NCBI GenBank assembly: GCA_030829955.1
Contig: JAURNY010000031.1
Location: forward strand, 5,374 to 69,373
Source of the DNA: Gammaproteobacteria bacterium
GTDB taxonomy: Bacteria > Pseudomonadota > Gammaproteobacteria > Eutrophobiales > Eutrophobiaceae
Length of the DNA: 64,000 nucleotides
Reading direction: 5' to 3'
A program made the position numbers and the translations under genes. A model generated the notes under the pieces. The model saw only the letters and a list, made by a program, of their open reading frames with translations. It searched no databases and was not told the origin of the DNA. The number at the start of each line of letters is the position of its first letter. The first letter of the stretch is position 1. This document shows, one piece after another, positions 1 through 9,607 of this stretch.

Positions 1-291
1 CTGATTTATATATTCTTGTAGACGTTCGATATGGTTTGTTTGTTCCTGTTCCACCATTAGTGCCCAGCGCTCTCTAGAACCTATTAACATTTGATTCGCA
101 CCGGATTTTCTAATTTTATAGCTATCTTTGCCAGGTTGATCAATTTCAAATGCATGATGCGCATGTTTGATGACACCGATATTCAGTCCATGTTTTTTTA
201 GCAATGGTATAAGATTAATTAACAAGGTGGTTTTGCCAGTGCCACTATATGCCGCAAAACCTAATATCGGTATATCACAATTAATAGTCAT
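1..291 (-). CDS. mobB: Molybdopterin-guanine dinucleotide biosynthesis adapter protein MobB (C-terminus runs off the window edge)
   Basis: Read directly on the minus strand: MTINCDIPILGFAAYSGTGKTTLLINLIPLLKKHGLNIGVIKHAHHAFEIDQPGKDSYKIRKSGANQ... with P-loop GTGKTT. It aligns closely to E. coli MobB. The ATG at 289-291 overlaps the mobA stop. It is not in the ORF track because it is open at the window edge. Confidence 0.8.
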   Translation of the reverse strand, partial: MTINCDIPILGFAAYSGTGKTTLLINLIPLLKKHGLNIGVIKHAHHAFEIDQPGKDSYKIRKSGANQMLIGSRERWALMVEQEQTNHIERLQEYINQ

Positions 292-892
292 GGGATTTTA
301 ACGCGTCTTCTGCAGCCATTAAATCTTCAGGTGTATTGATATTATTAAATGCAGCACTAACATTAGTAAAATCGACGGCCACCATATTATGTTTTGAAAA
401 CCATTTATCTATTTTGCGTTCACCTATTTTCAAAAATGCTTCTAATGAATCTATTAAATTCGATTTTAAAAGACAAAATACAGGTTGTAGACGTTGATTT
501 GTTTCTACAACACTGATATCTGCATTTGCTTCAGATAATTTATTGCCGAGTTTTTTAACCATGTAATTAGGTATAAACGGTGAATCACAGGGCGTCATTA
601 ACAAATAAGAGGTATTGCAATGTTTCATTGCGGTATAAAAGCCGGCCAAGGGACCATCAAAGTGTCCAATTTCATCTTCAATTATGTTTAGACCAATCTC
701 AGCATATTGACGCTGACTACGATTGGCATTGATTAGCAGATGATTCACCTGCGGTTGAATACGATTGATAACATGTTGAATCATAGGTTGACCACCAAGT
801 TTAACCAGACCTTTATCCGTTCCCTGCATACGTCTAGCCTGTCCGCCAGCAAGGATTACGCCTGTGATATCTTTTTTTATTATATTGGTCAT
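281..892 (-). CDS. mobA: Molybdenum cofactor guanylyltransferase MobA
   Basis: ORF 281..895 with signature ITGVILAGGQARRMQGTDKGL typical of MobA. The first ATG is at 890-892; the track's extra residue comes from a TTG at 893-895. Confidence 0.85.
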   Translation of the reverse strand: MTNIIKKDITGVILAGGQARRMQGTDKGLVKLGGQPMIQHVINRIQPQVNHLLINANRSQRQYAEIGLNIIEDEIGHFDGPLAGFYTAMKHCNTSYLLMTPCDSPFIPNYMVKKLGNKLSEANADISVVETNQRLQPVFCLLKSNLIDSLEAFLKIGERKIDKWFSKHNMVAVDFTNVSAAFNNINTPEDLMAAEDALKSHDY

Positions 893-915
893 CAATATAT
901 TAATTGGAGTAAATT

Positions 916-1038
916 ATGAATGAAGACGATTTTAATATGGAAATGCGTAAATTTCTGAAAAAAGTCGGAATTACATCCCAACGTGAGATAACTCATGCAG
1001 TAGAAACTGAAATTAATAGTGATATCGCACTGGACTAA
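916..1038 (+). CDS. Possible 40-aa small protein (MNEDDFNMEMRKFLKKVGITSQREITHAVETEINSDIALD)
   Basis: Below the 60-aa cutoff of the ORF track. GGAG at 906-909 sits 6 nt before the ATG at 916. It lies between the divergently oriented mobA and fdhD, and its last 4 nt overlap the fdhD stop. No recognisable family. Confidence 0.3.
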   Translation: MNEDDFNMEMRKFLKKVGITSQREITHAVETEINSDIALD

Positions 1039-1892
1039 TCTTTTTTTAAATTAGCGACTTCACGCTTTTCAGGTAAATTACAATTAAAATCGATATTTTC
1101 CTTGCCATTATAAATCAGAAAATGTTTATTTTTCGCGCGCGATAGCAGGGTAATATTTAAATCTTTTGCTAGATTCAATCCCATTTGAGTAATGCCAGAT
1201 CGAGATAACAGGATCGGAATATTCATCTGTGCCACTTTAATAACCATTTCGGATGTTAAGCGACCAGTGGTATAAAATATTTTGTTATTACCATCTATAT
1301 TTTCCAGCCACATTTTACCTGCAATAGCATCGACAGCATTATGTCTTCCGACATCTTCAATAAAAATTAATGGAGTCGTGTCTTCACACAAGGCACAACC
1401 ATGAACTGCACCTGCATTTTTATAGACATCATTAAATATATTCAGATTTTTTAAAAGCTGATATAAACGAGACTGTTTTAATCTAAATGGTTTAATCTGT
1501 GTTTGTTCGAGTTGAGACATGACATCGCCAAAGACAGTGCCCTGGCCACAACCCGTTGTGACTATTCTTGGACCCAGGCGCTCTTTCCAGTCATCGCGAT
1601 TGCTATAGGTTGTAATTGCAACTGCATTAACATCCCAGTCAACCTGAACAGATTTGATTTCATTTATATTGCTGACCAGACCCTGATTTTTGATATAACC
1701 CAATGCGAGTAATTCTGGTTGGGTGCCTAATGTCATCAAGGTGACGATTTCATAACTATCAATATATATTGTAAGTGGACGTTCTTCTGCTATTTGTAAT
1801 TCACGAATATTCTGATATTCGTCCATAACATCAACACTTAATGTAGGATCAAGTCCCGCATTGGTCATTTCGGGACGATAGGATGAAGGCAT
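1035..1892 (-). CDS. fdhD: Formate dehydrogenase accessory sulfurtransferase FdhD
   Basis: 285 aa. Conserved FdhD features are present, including GCGQG and the HGCALCED cysteine region. Its start overlaps the moaA stop. Confidence 0.85.
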   Translation of the reverse strand: MPSSYRPEMTNAGLDPTLSVDVMDEYQNIRELQIAEERPLTIYIDSYEIVTLMTLGTQPELLALGYIKNQGLVSNINEIKSVQVDWDVNAVAITTYSNRDDWKERLGPRIVTTGCGQGTVFGDVMSQLEQTQIKPFRLKQSRLYQLLKNLNIFNDVYKNAGAVHGCALCEDTTPLIFIEDVGRHNAVDAIAGKMWLENIDGNNKIFYTTGRLTSEMVIKVAQMNIPILLSRSGITQMGLNLAKDLNITLLSRAKNKHFLIYNGKENIDFNCNLPEKREVANLKKD

Positions 1893-1893
1893 A

Positions 1894-2892
1894 TTACCCG
1901 CCAGTCACATTCATGTGACGGAAAATAATTGGCTTCTCGTTAAGATTGAAATCATGACCTTTGGGTTTAATGCTCATGGCATCACGTATGGCTTGTTTTA
2001 ATGCTTCGTCATTGTCAGGATGCGCGCGAACCACTTTGCGTAGATCAACAGAATGCTCCTGTCCTAAACATAACAATAATCGACCTTCACAGGTTAAACG
2101 TACACGATTACATTGGTCACAAAAATTATGACTGTGTGGCGATATAAAACCGACACGAGTATTGTGTCCGGTCAGTTTGTAATATTTAGATGGACCAGCC
2201 GTTGTTTCTGTCGTTGGGATCAATTCAAAACTTGATTCAAGATCACGTCTGATTTCATCACTCGAATAATATGCTTCGGCACGGTCATGATCACCAATGA
2301 CTCCTAAAGGCATTTCTTCAATAAAACTGATATCAATACCTTTATCTATGACATAGTTTACCAGATCAACGACTTCATCATGATTACGATTTTTTAAAAT
2401 CACAGCATTGATTTTGATTTTTTTAAAGCCAACAGCTAATGCAGTATCAATTCCGTCTAATACTTTATTTAAATCACCAACGCGAGTAATCCGTTTGAAT
2501 TTATTGGCATCAAGTGAATCCAGACTTATATTGAGACGCTTAACACCCGCATCTTTTAATTGCTGCGCCATGGCTTCGAGTTGTGAGCCATTTGTTGTGG
2601 TTACTAATTCTTTTAAACCGGGTAGGGCACCAAGATCATTAAATAGTTTAATAATGTTTCTACGGATTAGAGGCTCACCACCGGTAATACGAATTTTGTT
2701 TACGCCTAATTCAGTAAATGCCTTGCCGATACGGGCAATTTCTTCCAGTGTCAGTAACTGTGCGCGCGGAATAAACTTCATTTCATCGTCCATACAATAG
2801 ATACAGCGAAAATCACAGCGATCAGTGACCGATATGCGTACGTAATTGACTACGCGACTGAAATTATCAACAAGTTGCTCTTGAACAGACAT
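1894..2892 (-). CDS. moaA: GTP 3',8-cyclase MoaA (radical SAM)
   Basis: 332 aa. N-terminal radical-SAM motif CDFRCIYC, and a C-terminal second cluster region CDQCNRVRLTCEG. Confidence 0.93.
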   Translation of the reverse strand: MSVQEQLVDNFSRVVNYVRISVTDRCDFRCIYCMDDEMKFIPRAQLLTLEEIARIGKAFTELGVNKIRITGGEPLIRRNIIKLFNDLGALPGLKELVTTTNGSQLEAMAQQLKDAGVKRLNISLDSLDANKFKRITRVGDLNKVLDGIDTALAVGFKKIKINAVILKNRNHDEVVDLVNYVIDKGIDISFIEEMPLGVIGDHDRAEAYYSSDEIRRDLESSFELIPTTETTAGPSKYYKLTGHNTRVGFISPHSHNFCDQCNRVRLTCEGRLLLCLGQEHSVDLRKVVRAHPDNDEALKQAIRDAMSIKPKGHDFNLNEKPIIFRHMNVTGG

Positions 2893-2977
2893 TCAATAAT
2901 AGAAAAATATTTAATTAGCTAGATATTATAGTGTAATCACAAGAGGATATATAGAAAATACAAGCGTTTCGATTGAT

Positions 2978-3457
2978 CTAAATTGCATCAGACCAGCTGG
3001 AAAAAGGGTGGTTTACCAGAAAAATATTGTAATAACGGCTATCTTCAGTCACTTCCGAGCCTAGCCATTTAGGTTTTTCAAACGCCTCATCAATATTATT
3101 CAATTCTATTTCAGCAACAATTAATCCTGCATTTTCACCTTCAAAGACATCTATTTCCCAAATATGTTGTCCAATTTGCAAATAATGTCGTGTTTTTTCG
3201 ATTAATGGTTTATCACATAGCTGATTTATTAGTTCTTCAGCATCATCAGTTGGAATCTTGTATTCGTATTCATTTCTGGCTGTGCCAATGACTTTTGACT
3301 TGATATTCAGATCTGCAACATTTCCATTAATTCTTACGCGTACAGAATTATGTTCATTGCCGCCTAAATACCCCTGTACCATCCTCTCACTTTTAGTGAT
3401 ATGTTGTTTCCAGTTTTCGTTGATGACCAGAAACTTACGTTCTATTTCTATTGCCAT
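2978..3457 (-). CDS. CYTH-domain protein (triphosphate tunnel metalloenzyme; possible class IV adenylyl cyclase or triphosphatase)
   Basis: 159 aa starting MAIEIERKFLV, the hallmark ExExK start of CYTH/CyaB-like proteins. Confidence 0.7.
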   Translation of the reverse strand: MAIEIERKFLVINENWKQHITKSERMVQGYLGGNEHNSVRVRINGNVADLNIKSKVIGTARNEYEYKIPTDDAEELINQLCDKPLIEKTRHYLQIGQHIWEIDVFEGENAGLIVAEIELNNIDEAFEKPKWLGSEVTEDSRYYNIFLVNHPFSSWSDAI

Positions 3458-3500
3458 AACCCAGCAACTATACGAGCCAATAAAACTATTTCAAGTAAAA

Positions 3501-4739
3501 ATGGAAAAGCAGAGAATCACAATAAATGATCTAACCAATACCAGAATCATCGCTATTCTATTGTTGGGATTTTCTTCTGGTTTGCCACTGACACTTAGCG
3601 GGGGGACATTGCAGGCATGGTTGGCCGATGTTGATGTTGATATTCAATCGATCGCATGGTTCTCCATGGCGGGTTTGCCATACACACTAAAATTTATCTG
3701 GGCTCCTCTAATGGACCGTTATGTGCCCCTCAATCTAGGTAGAAGACGTAGCTGGATGTTTATCAGCCAGTTAGCATTATTAATATCTATTTCATTGATG
3801 GCATTTTTCACACCCGAAACCGAGCTGAAATGGATGGGCATGTTGGCGTTCTTAATTGCTTTTTTTTCTGCGTCACAGGATATTGCCTTCGATGCATATC
3901 GTACGGATATATTAAACCCGAATGAGCGAGGTTTAGGTGCGGCTGTTTCTGTCGGCGGATATCGTGTTGCGATGATAGCGTCAGGTGCAGGTGCATTAAT
4001 AATTGCTGATTTTTATAGTTGGAAAACCGCCTATTTAGTGATGGCAGTTTTGATGTTGATAGGCATGACGACATCCTGGGTATGTTTTCAGCCACAAAAT
4101 GAATCTCGGCCTTTAAATTTACAAGCGGCAGTTGTCGAACCATTTTTTGAATTTATTAGGCGTCCTTTTGCGATAGGTCTGCTCTGTTTAATAGTGCTTT
4201 ATAAAATTGGCGATGCATTTGCAGGGACATTAACAACAGCTTTTCTGATTCAAGCTCTGGACTTTTCGACCTCAGAAGTTGGCATTGTTAATAAAGGATT
4301 AGGTCTTATCTCGACATTATTTGGCATATTTGTAGGTGGAATACTGATGCTTAGGGTTGGTTTATTTCAATCCTTATTCTGGTTTGGTTTGCTTCAGGCA
4401 TTTACCAATCTTGGTTTTATGATTTTGTCGTTTGTTGGTAAAAGTTATGCTGGCATGCTCATTGTGATTGGTATGGAAAACCTATCCGGCGGTATGGGAA
4501 CGGCCGCGTTTGTCGCATTATTAATGGCGTTATGTAACCAACGTTATACAGCAACCCAATTTGCCTTGTTATCGGCCTTTTCAGCGATCGGTCGTGTATT
4601 TGTTGGTCCGCCTGCCGGTTATCTTGTTACGGAAGTTGGCTGGGGTTTATTTTTTATGACAACTTTTATAATAGCATTACCCGGATTGCTATTATTATAT
4701 ATCATGCGTATCTACTTGTTACGTTATGATGTCGGTTAA
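3501..4739 (+). CDS. ampG: Muropeptide (anhydromuropeptide) MFS permease AmpG
   Basis: The track ORF 3258..4739 has an implausible 81-aa N-terminal extension. The ATG at 3501 gives MEKQRITINDLTNTRIIAILLLGFSSGLPLTLSGGTLQAWL, matching the AmpG N-terminus. It is a multi-TM MFS protein. Confidence 0.8.
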   Translation: MEKQRITINDLTNTRIIAILLLGFSSGLPLTLSGGTLQAWLADVDVDIQSIAWFSMAGLPYTLKFIWAPLMDRYVPLNLGRRRSWMFISQLALLISISLMAFFTPETELKWMGMLAFLIAFFSASQDIAFDAYRTDILNPNERGLGAAVSVGGYRVAMIASGAGALIIADFYSWKTAYLVMAVLMLIGMTTSWVCFQPQNESRPLNLQAAVVEPFFEFIRRPFAIGLLCLIVLYKIGDAFAGTLTTAFLIQALDFSTSEVGIVNKGLGLISTLFGIFVGGILMLRVGLFQSLFWFGLLQAFTNLGFMILSFVGKSYAGMLIVIGMENLSGGMGTAAFVALLMALCNQRYTATQFALLSAFSAIGRVFVGPPAGYLVTEVGWGLFFMTTFIIALPGLLLLYIMRIYLLRYDVG

Positions 4740-5148
4740 TCATTACCTGTAGTAAGGTTTTTAAATCCAACTTCCAGTGCATGACGATAACCGCGTTCAT
4801 ATCGCTAAAAATAACTATTTGTATTTTGTTTAGAATAATATGGCTGGGTCCTGCTATAAAACTTATTGTTGTTAATATTTTTTTATTGAAGATTAGTTGA
4901 AAGATTGACGCTGAACTTATGATTTAGATAAAGATTATTTATTAGTTGGTTAATTCCAAAATTAAGCCTCTTCGCATAATTATCAGCGTGCTTGTTGAAA
5001 GAATAAGCAGATAATGGGTAACCAATAATAACTTTTACCTCAGTCTTTATTTGAAGTTGCAGCGAAAATAACAGACAAATCAATATTAAAAGTAAAGATA
5101 TAATATGCTCCTGACTTCAAATCAAAGGTTTAAAGGGTAAAAATAAAA

Positions 5149-5436
5149 ATGCTTTCAATTAAAGCCAAACCACGAGTTGAAATTCACTACTGCAAAAAAT
5201 GTCGTTTTATCTTGCGCGCAAGTTGGCTGGCACAGGAATTATTATTTACGTTTGAAGATATGCTGGGGGAGTGTTCGCTGGTGCCGACAGACAAGGGTAT
5301 ATTTAATGTGCTGTTAGACGGAGAGTTAATTTACTCAAAACAAGATTCAGGTAAATTTCCGGAATCAAATAAATTAAAACAATTAATCAGAGATAAGATA
5401 GAACCTGATATGTCGCTAGGGCATAGCGACATATAA
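5149..5436 (+). CDS. Rdx-family (SelW/SelT-like) thioredoxin-fold protein, CxxC variant
   Basis: 95 aa with N-terminal IHYCKKCRF (CxxC where selenoproteins have CxxU). Small Rdx-like fold. Confidence 0.6.
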   Translation: MLSIKAKPRVEIHYCKKCRFILRASWLAQELLFTFEDMLGECSLVPTDKGIFNVLLDGELIYSKQDSGKFPESNKLKQLIRDKIEPDMSLGHSDI

Positions 5437-5727
5437 TATTAATCAACTATTCAATCCAGATCACTGGCCCCATCAGTATGTGAGCCGGCTAAATCAAACA
5501 CGAGCTCCATTACATTAAGACACTCCAATAAATTTATATTGAAAAAACTGAATTAAAGCATTGAAAATACTATTATTTACTTTTTAACTTAACGTATTCT
5601 ATAAATAAAGACATTAAAATTATTTTTAATGTAGGAAAATTCTGATAGCCCATCAAAAAATATAAAATAATATGATTAACTAACATAAATTTTTGAACCA
5701 GTTCAGATGTTTAAATATTGAAAAAGC

Positions 5728-8700
5728 ATGTCTATAAACAGTCACTTTGAAAACCAACTAGCAGTATTACGTGACAAATTAAATCACGTCTGTCGCAGTG
5801 ATTATTTTCGACTGCGTGCTAGGGTTAATCGATTAGCGATGGATAAAGATAAAAATCTATCTGAGTTAAAGCGACAGATAGAGATAGCAGTTGAACGTTT
5901 TGAGTGGCGTAATGCTCATGTGCCTGTTCAAGAATACCAAACTATATTACCGATCTTTGAAAAGAAAGCTGAAATTCAGGAATTACTCGCCGAAAATCAA
6001 GTATTGATTATTTGCGGCGAAACCGGTTCGGGCAAGACTACGCAGTTACCATTGTATTGTCTTGAAGCAGGTAGAGGAGTTAATGGTGTTATAGGGCATA
6101 CACAACCGAGAAGAATTGCAGCAAGAACGGTTTCTAAACGTATTGCAGAATCATTGCAATCAACGATTGGCGAAGCCGTTGGTTATAAGATTCGTCATCA
6201 GGATTTATCAACAGATAAAACCTACATTAAATTAATGACGGATGGCATTCTTTTAAGTGAGATGCAAAGTGATAGATATCTTAATCAATATGACACATTG
6301 ATAATAGATGAAGCCCATGAACGTAGTCTGAATATTGATTTCATTCTTGGCTACATCAAGCAACTATTACCAAAACGACCAGATCTGAAAGTGATCGTTA
6401 CATCAGCCACGATTGATGTGAAACGGTTTTCAGAGTTTTTTAATCAAGCACCGATCATTGAGGTTTCTGGAAAGACTTATCCCGTCGATGTTCTTTATCG
6501 TCCAATAGATGAAGAAGGGGATGATGATGCCAGATTAAAAGCAATAGCCGATGCAGTAAGCGAGTTATCGACATTTGACATGGGTGATATTCTGATTTTT
6601 CTGGAAGGCGAAGGTGAAATTCACGAAACAGATAAATATCTATCAAAATTAAAGTTAAATGATACTGATATTTTGCCACTTTATGCACGCTTAAGTACAT
6701 CGAGACAATCAAAAATATTTGCACCACATAAACGAAGGCATATTGTTCTGGCAACGAATATTGCTGAAACATCTTTAACTATTCCCGGGATTAGATATGT
6801 GATTGATACCGGCAAGGCGAGGGTAAGTCGATATAGTGCTCAAAGTAAGGTGCAACGCTTACCAATTGAAAAGATATCACGTGCTGCAGCAAATCAACGC
6901 AAGGGTCGATGTGGGCGTACCAGTGACGGGATATGTATCAGGCTATATAGCGAAGAAGACTTTTTGTCGCGAACAGAATTCACACAACCGGAAATTCTTA
7001 GAACTAATTTAGCTTCAGTTATCTTGCAAATGAAAGTTTTGGGGTTGGGCGATATAAAGGCATATCCTTTTCTTGAGGCACCCAATGACAAGCTAATTAA
7101 TGATGGTTTGAATGTGTTGAAAGAAATTAATGCAATCAATCAAAATGAATCTTTAACTAGGCAAGGTAGAAAGATCGCAAGAATACCAATTGAACCTCGT
7201 TATGCGCGCATGTTACTTGCTGCTGCAGAATATAATTGCGTTAGTGAACTATTAATTATCGTTAGTGTTTTGAGTATTCAGGACCCGCGTGAAAGACCGT
7301 TGGATAATATTGCGAAGGCAGATAAGGCTCATAGACAGTTTAATGATGAAAATTCCGATTTTTTGTGGTTCGTAAATCTTTGGAATTTTTATCACAATCA
7401 ATTAAACAAGCTGTCTCAAAACAAGCTAAAGAAGCTTTGTAATCAAAATTTTATTTCTTATTTAAGAATGCGCGAATGGCTGGATATACATCGACAGCTT
7501 CGCCATGTCAGCACGGAATTAAAATTACCATTAAATCGGGATGCGGCAAATTATCAGTCTTTGCATTGCGCAATATTAACCGGTTTGGCAAGTTATGTTG
7601 CCTATTTGTCGGATAAGCATGTCTATACAGGTGCAAGAAATGTCCAATCTTATTTGTTTCCGGCTTCTGTTTTATTTGAGAAGAAACCAAAATGGGTTGT
7701 GTCAGCTGAGTTAGTGGAAACATCAAAATTGTATGCAAGAAACTCTGCCATGATTGAGTCACAATGGGTAATTCATACAGCAAAGCATTTACTTAAATAT
7801 TCTTATTCGGATATTCGTTGGGAAAGGTCAGGTTCTAGGATTATCGCCAAAGAAACCATTTTATTGTATGGCATGACCTTAAGCGCAGATAAAACAATTA
7901 ATTATGGAAAAATAAATGCAAAGGAATCACGTAAATTATTTATTCAACGGGCGTTGGTAGATTTGGAATTTGATAGTCATTCAGACCTTTTTGCTAACAA
8001 TAAGAAAACAATAGATGAAATAAGAGAAATAGAAATCAGAACCAGACGACCCGATATGCTTAATGAATCAACTGTATATGATTTTTATGATGTAAAATTG
8101 CCGGACGATGTTTTTGATGGGCATAGTTATGAACGATGGTCTGCAAAATTGAATAAGTCAGCTTATGAAGAATATCTGTTAAGTAAAGAAGATATTATTT
8201 TTTCAGAAAATACTCACTATCAAGATGCATATTATCCAGATACCTTATCGATCAATAATATTAGTTTGCCACTTGAGTATCAGTTCGTGCCTGGCAAACA
8301 ACATGATGGTATTACTGTCGATATTCCTCTTGAAACACTAAAGCAATATCATGATCAGCAATTTGATTATCTGGTGCCCGGGTTACTAAAAGAAAAGATA
8401 ATCTGTTTGTTAAAGTCTTTACCTAAATCCATTCGTAAACAATTAGTGCCCGTGCCGGATGTTGCTGAAGAATGCAGTAACAATATTAAGCAGCATAAAT
8501 CAGGATTAAAAGATGCGCTTGCAGCCTATTTATACAGGACCAGGGGCATCAGGATTGAAGGTGCCGATTGGTCAAATGATGGGTTGCCTGAACATCTGAA
8601 GTTTAATTTCAGAGTAATCGATAAAAATCAAAATATTATCGCAGAAGAACGCAGCCTTGAAATTCTGCATGAAAAGTTGTCTATACAATCAGATTCGGCT

Positions 8701-9603
8701 TTTAATAAAGTCATTCAGACTAAACAAGGTTCAAAACCGATCACTCAGTGGGATTTTGGTGATATACCGGTTTCTGAGCAATTAACTGCTGGTGAAACAA
8801 GTTTTACTGTTTATCCGGCACTAATTGAGGATGATGGTGAAGTTTATCGACGTGCTTTTGATAGTCTGGAAGCAGCAGAACATGATTTTAAATTTGGATT
8901 GCGTGCCTTATACAAATCATATTTGAAGTCTGATTTAAAATATTTAAGTAAAAATATTCGTGATATTGATACGCTGGCATTACGTTATAGTGCTATTGGT
9001 GCCAGAAGTGATCTTGTTGAATCGTTTGTTAATCAGATTATTGATGAAGTCTTCTTGTTTGAACAAAAAGCGATTCGTAAACAGGAAGATTTTTTTGCAA
9101 AATTCGAGCAAGGCAGAGGACGTATATTTTTACAGGCAGAAAAGCTTTCAGTTTTATTAAATTTAATCTTCGAAAACTATAATAGAATCAATATTGCTCT
9201 TGCAGAATTAAACTATCAACTGTTTGACTTTGCTATTGATGATATTAATGAACAGTTAGCGTATTTGTTCTATAACGGCTTTATAGAAGATATTACTTTT
9301 CATGAATTAAGCCAGTATCCGCGCTATCTTGAATCAATCTGGAAAAGACTGGAAAAGCTGGAATATTCGCTTGGAAAAGATAAAAAATATACTGAAGAAA
9401 TTAAACCGCATTGGAATCGGATCAAACAATTAGTAGATAATGCCTATAACACAGGTGAATATTCGCCTATATTAAATGAATATCGTTGGCTTATGGAAGA
9501 GTGGCGCATTTCATTGTTTACGCAGGAATTGAAAACACAATTACCTGTTTCGTTAAAACGCATGGATAAAAAATGGCAAACATTGCAGGATTTCAATAGG
9601 TAG
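5728..9603 (+). CDS. hrpA: ATP-dependent RNA helicase HrpA (DEAH-box)
   Basis: 1291 aa with GETGSGKTTQLP (motif I) and DEAHERS (motif II). Size and C-terminal extension match HrpA. Confidence 0.93.
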   Translation: MSINSHFENQLAVLRDKLNHVCRSDYFRLRARVNRLAMDKDKNLSELKRQIEIAVERFEWRNAHVPVQEYQTILPIFEKKAEIQELLAENQVLIICGETGSGKTTQLPLYCLEAGRGVNGVIGHTQPRRIAARTVSKRIAESLQSTIGEAVGYKIRHQDLSTDKTYIKLMTDGILLSEMQSDRYLNQYDTLIIDEAHERSLNIDFILGYIKQLLPKRPDLKVIVTSATIDVKRFSEFFNQAPIIEVSGKTYPVDVLYRPIDEEGDDDARLKAIADAVSELSTFDMGDILIFLEGEGEIHETDKYLSKLKLNDTDILPLYARLSTSRQSKIFAPHKRRHIVLATNIAETSLTIPGIRYVIDTGKARVSRYSAQSKVQRLPIEKISRAAANQRKGRCGRTSDGICIRLYSEEDFLSRTEFTQPEILRTNLASVILQMKVLGLGDIKAYPFLEAPNDKLINDGLNVLKEINAINQNESLTRQGRKIARIPIEPRYARMLLAAAEYNCVSELLIIVSVLSIQDPRERPLDNIAKADKAHRQFNDENSDFLWFVNLWNFYHNQLNKLSQNKLKKLCNQNFISYLRMREWLDIHRQLRHVSTELKLPLNRDAANYQSLHCAILTGLASYVAYLSDKHVYTGARNVQSYLFPASVLFEKKPKWVVSAELVETSKLYARNSAMIESQWVIHTAKHLLKYSYSDIRWERSGSRIIAKETILLYGMTLSADKTINYGKINAKESRKLFIQRALVDLEFDSHSDLFANNKKTIDEIREIEIRTRRPDMLNESTVYDFYDVKLPDDVFDGHSYERWSAKLNKSAYEEYLLSKEDIIFSENTHYQDAYYPDTLSINNISLPLEYQFVPGKQHDGITVDIPLETLKQYHDQQFDYLVPGLLKEKIICLLKSLPKSIRKQLVPVPDVAEECSNNIKQHKSGLKDALAAYLYRTRGIRIEGADWSNDGLPEHLKFNFRVIDKNQNIIAEERSLEILHEKLSIQSDSAFNKVIQTKQGSKPITQWDFGDIPVSEQLTAGETSFTVYPALIEDDGEVYRRAFDSLEAAEHDFKFGLRALYKSYLKSDLKYLSKNIRDIDTLALRYSAIGARSDLVESFVNQIIDEVFLFEQKAIRKQEDFFAKFEQGRGRIFLQAEKLSVLLNLIFENYNRINIALAELNYQLFDFAIDDINEQLAYLFYNGFIEDITFHELSQYPRYLESIWKRLEKLEYSLGKDKKYTEEIKPHWNRIKQLVDNAYNTGEYSPILNEYRWLMEEWRISLFTQELKTQLPVSLKRMDKKWQTLQDFNR

Positions 9604-9607
9604 CTAC

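Noticed and set aside
1503-2800. Antisense/overlapping ORFs inside known genes: 1503..1712, 2408..2800, 3808..4143, 6455..6772, 6894..7139, 7508..7783, 11353..11544, 11507..11875, 12048..12434, 21952..22572, 23944..24234, 36389..36992, 37464..37733, 58738..59058, 63093..63350 and similar
   Set aside because: All lie fully within strongly supported genes on the opposite strand or in another frame. They lack SD sequences and have low-complexity composition. These are typical spurious ORFs.
2893-2977. Possible Moco riboswitch in the moaA leader
   Set aside because: Only ~85 nt separate the moaA start from the neighbouring CYTH gene's 3' end, which is too short for the ~130-nt Moco RNA motif. 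No conserved Moco-motif stems recognised.
3258-3500. N-terminal 81-aa extension of the ampG ORF in the six-frame track
   Set aside because: The extension is hydrophobic nonsense overlapping the divergent CYTH gene. The conserved AmpG N-terminus begins at the ATG at 3501.
4883-5083. 66-aa minus-strand ORF in the AT-rich spacer upstream of the Rdx gene
   Set aside because: No SD, Asn/Leu/Ile-rich translation typical of AT-rich noncoding DNA. Treated as noncoding.
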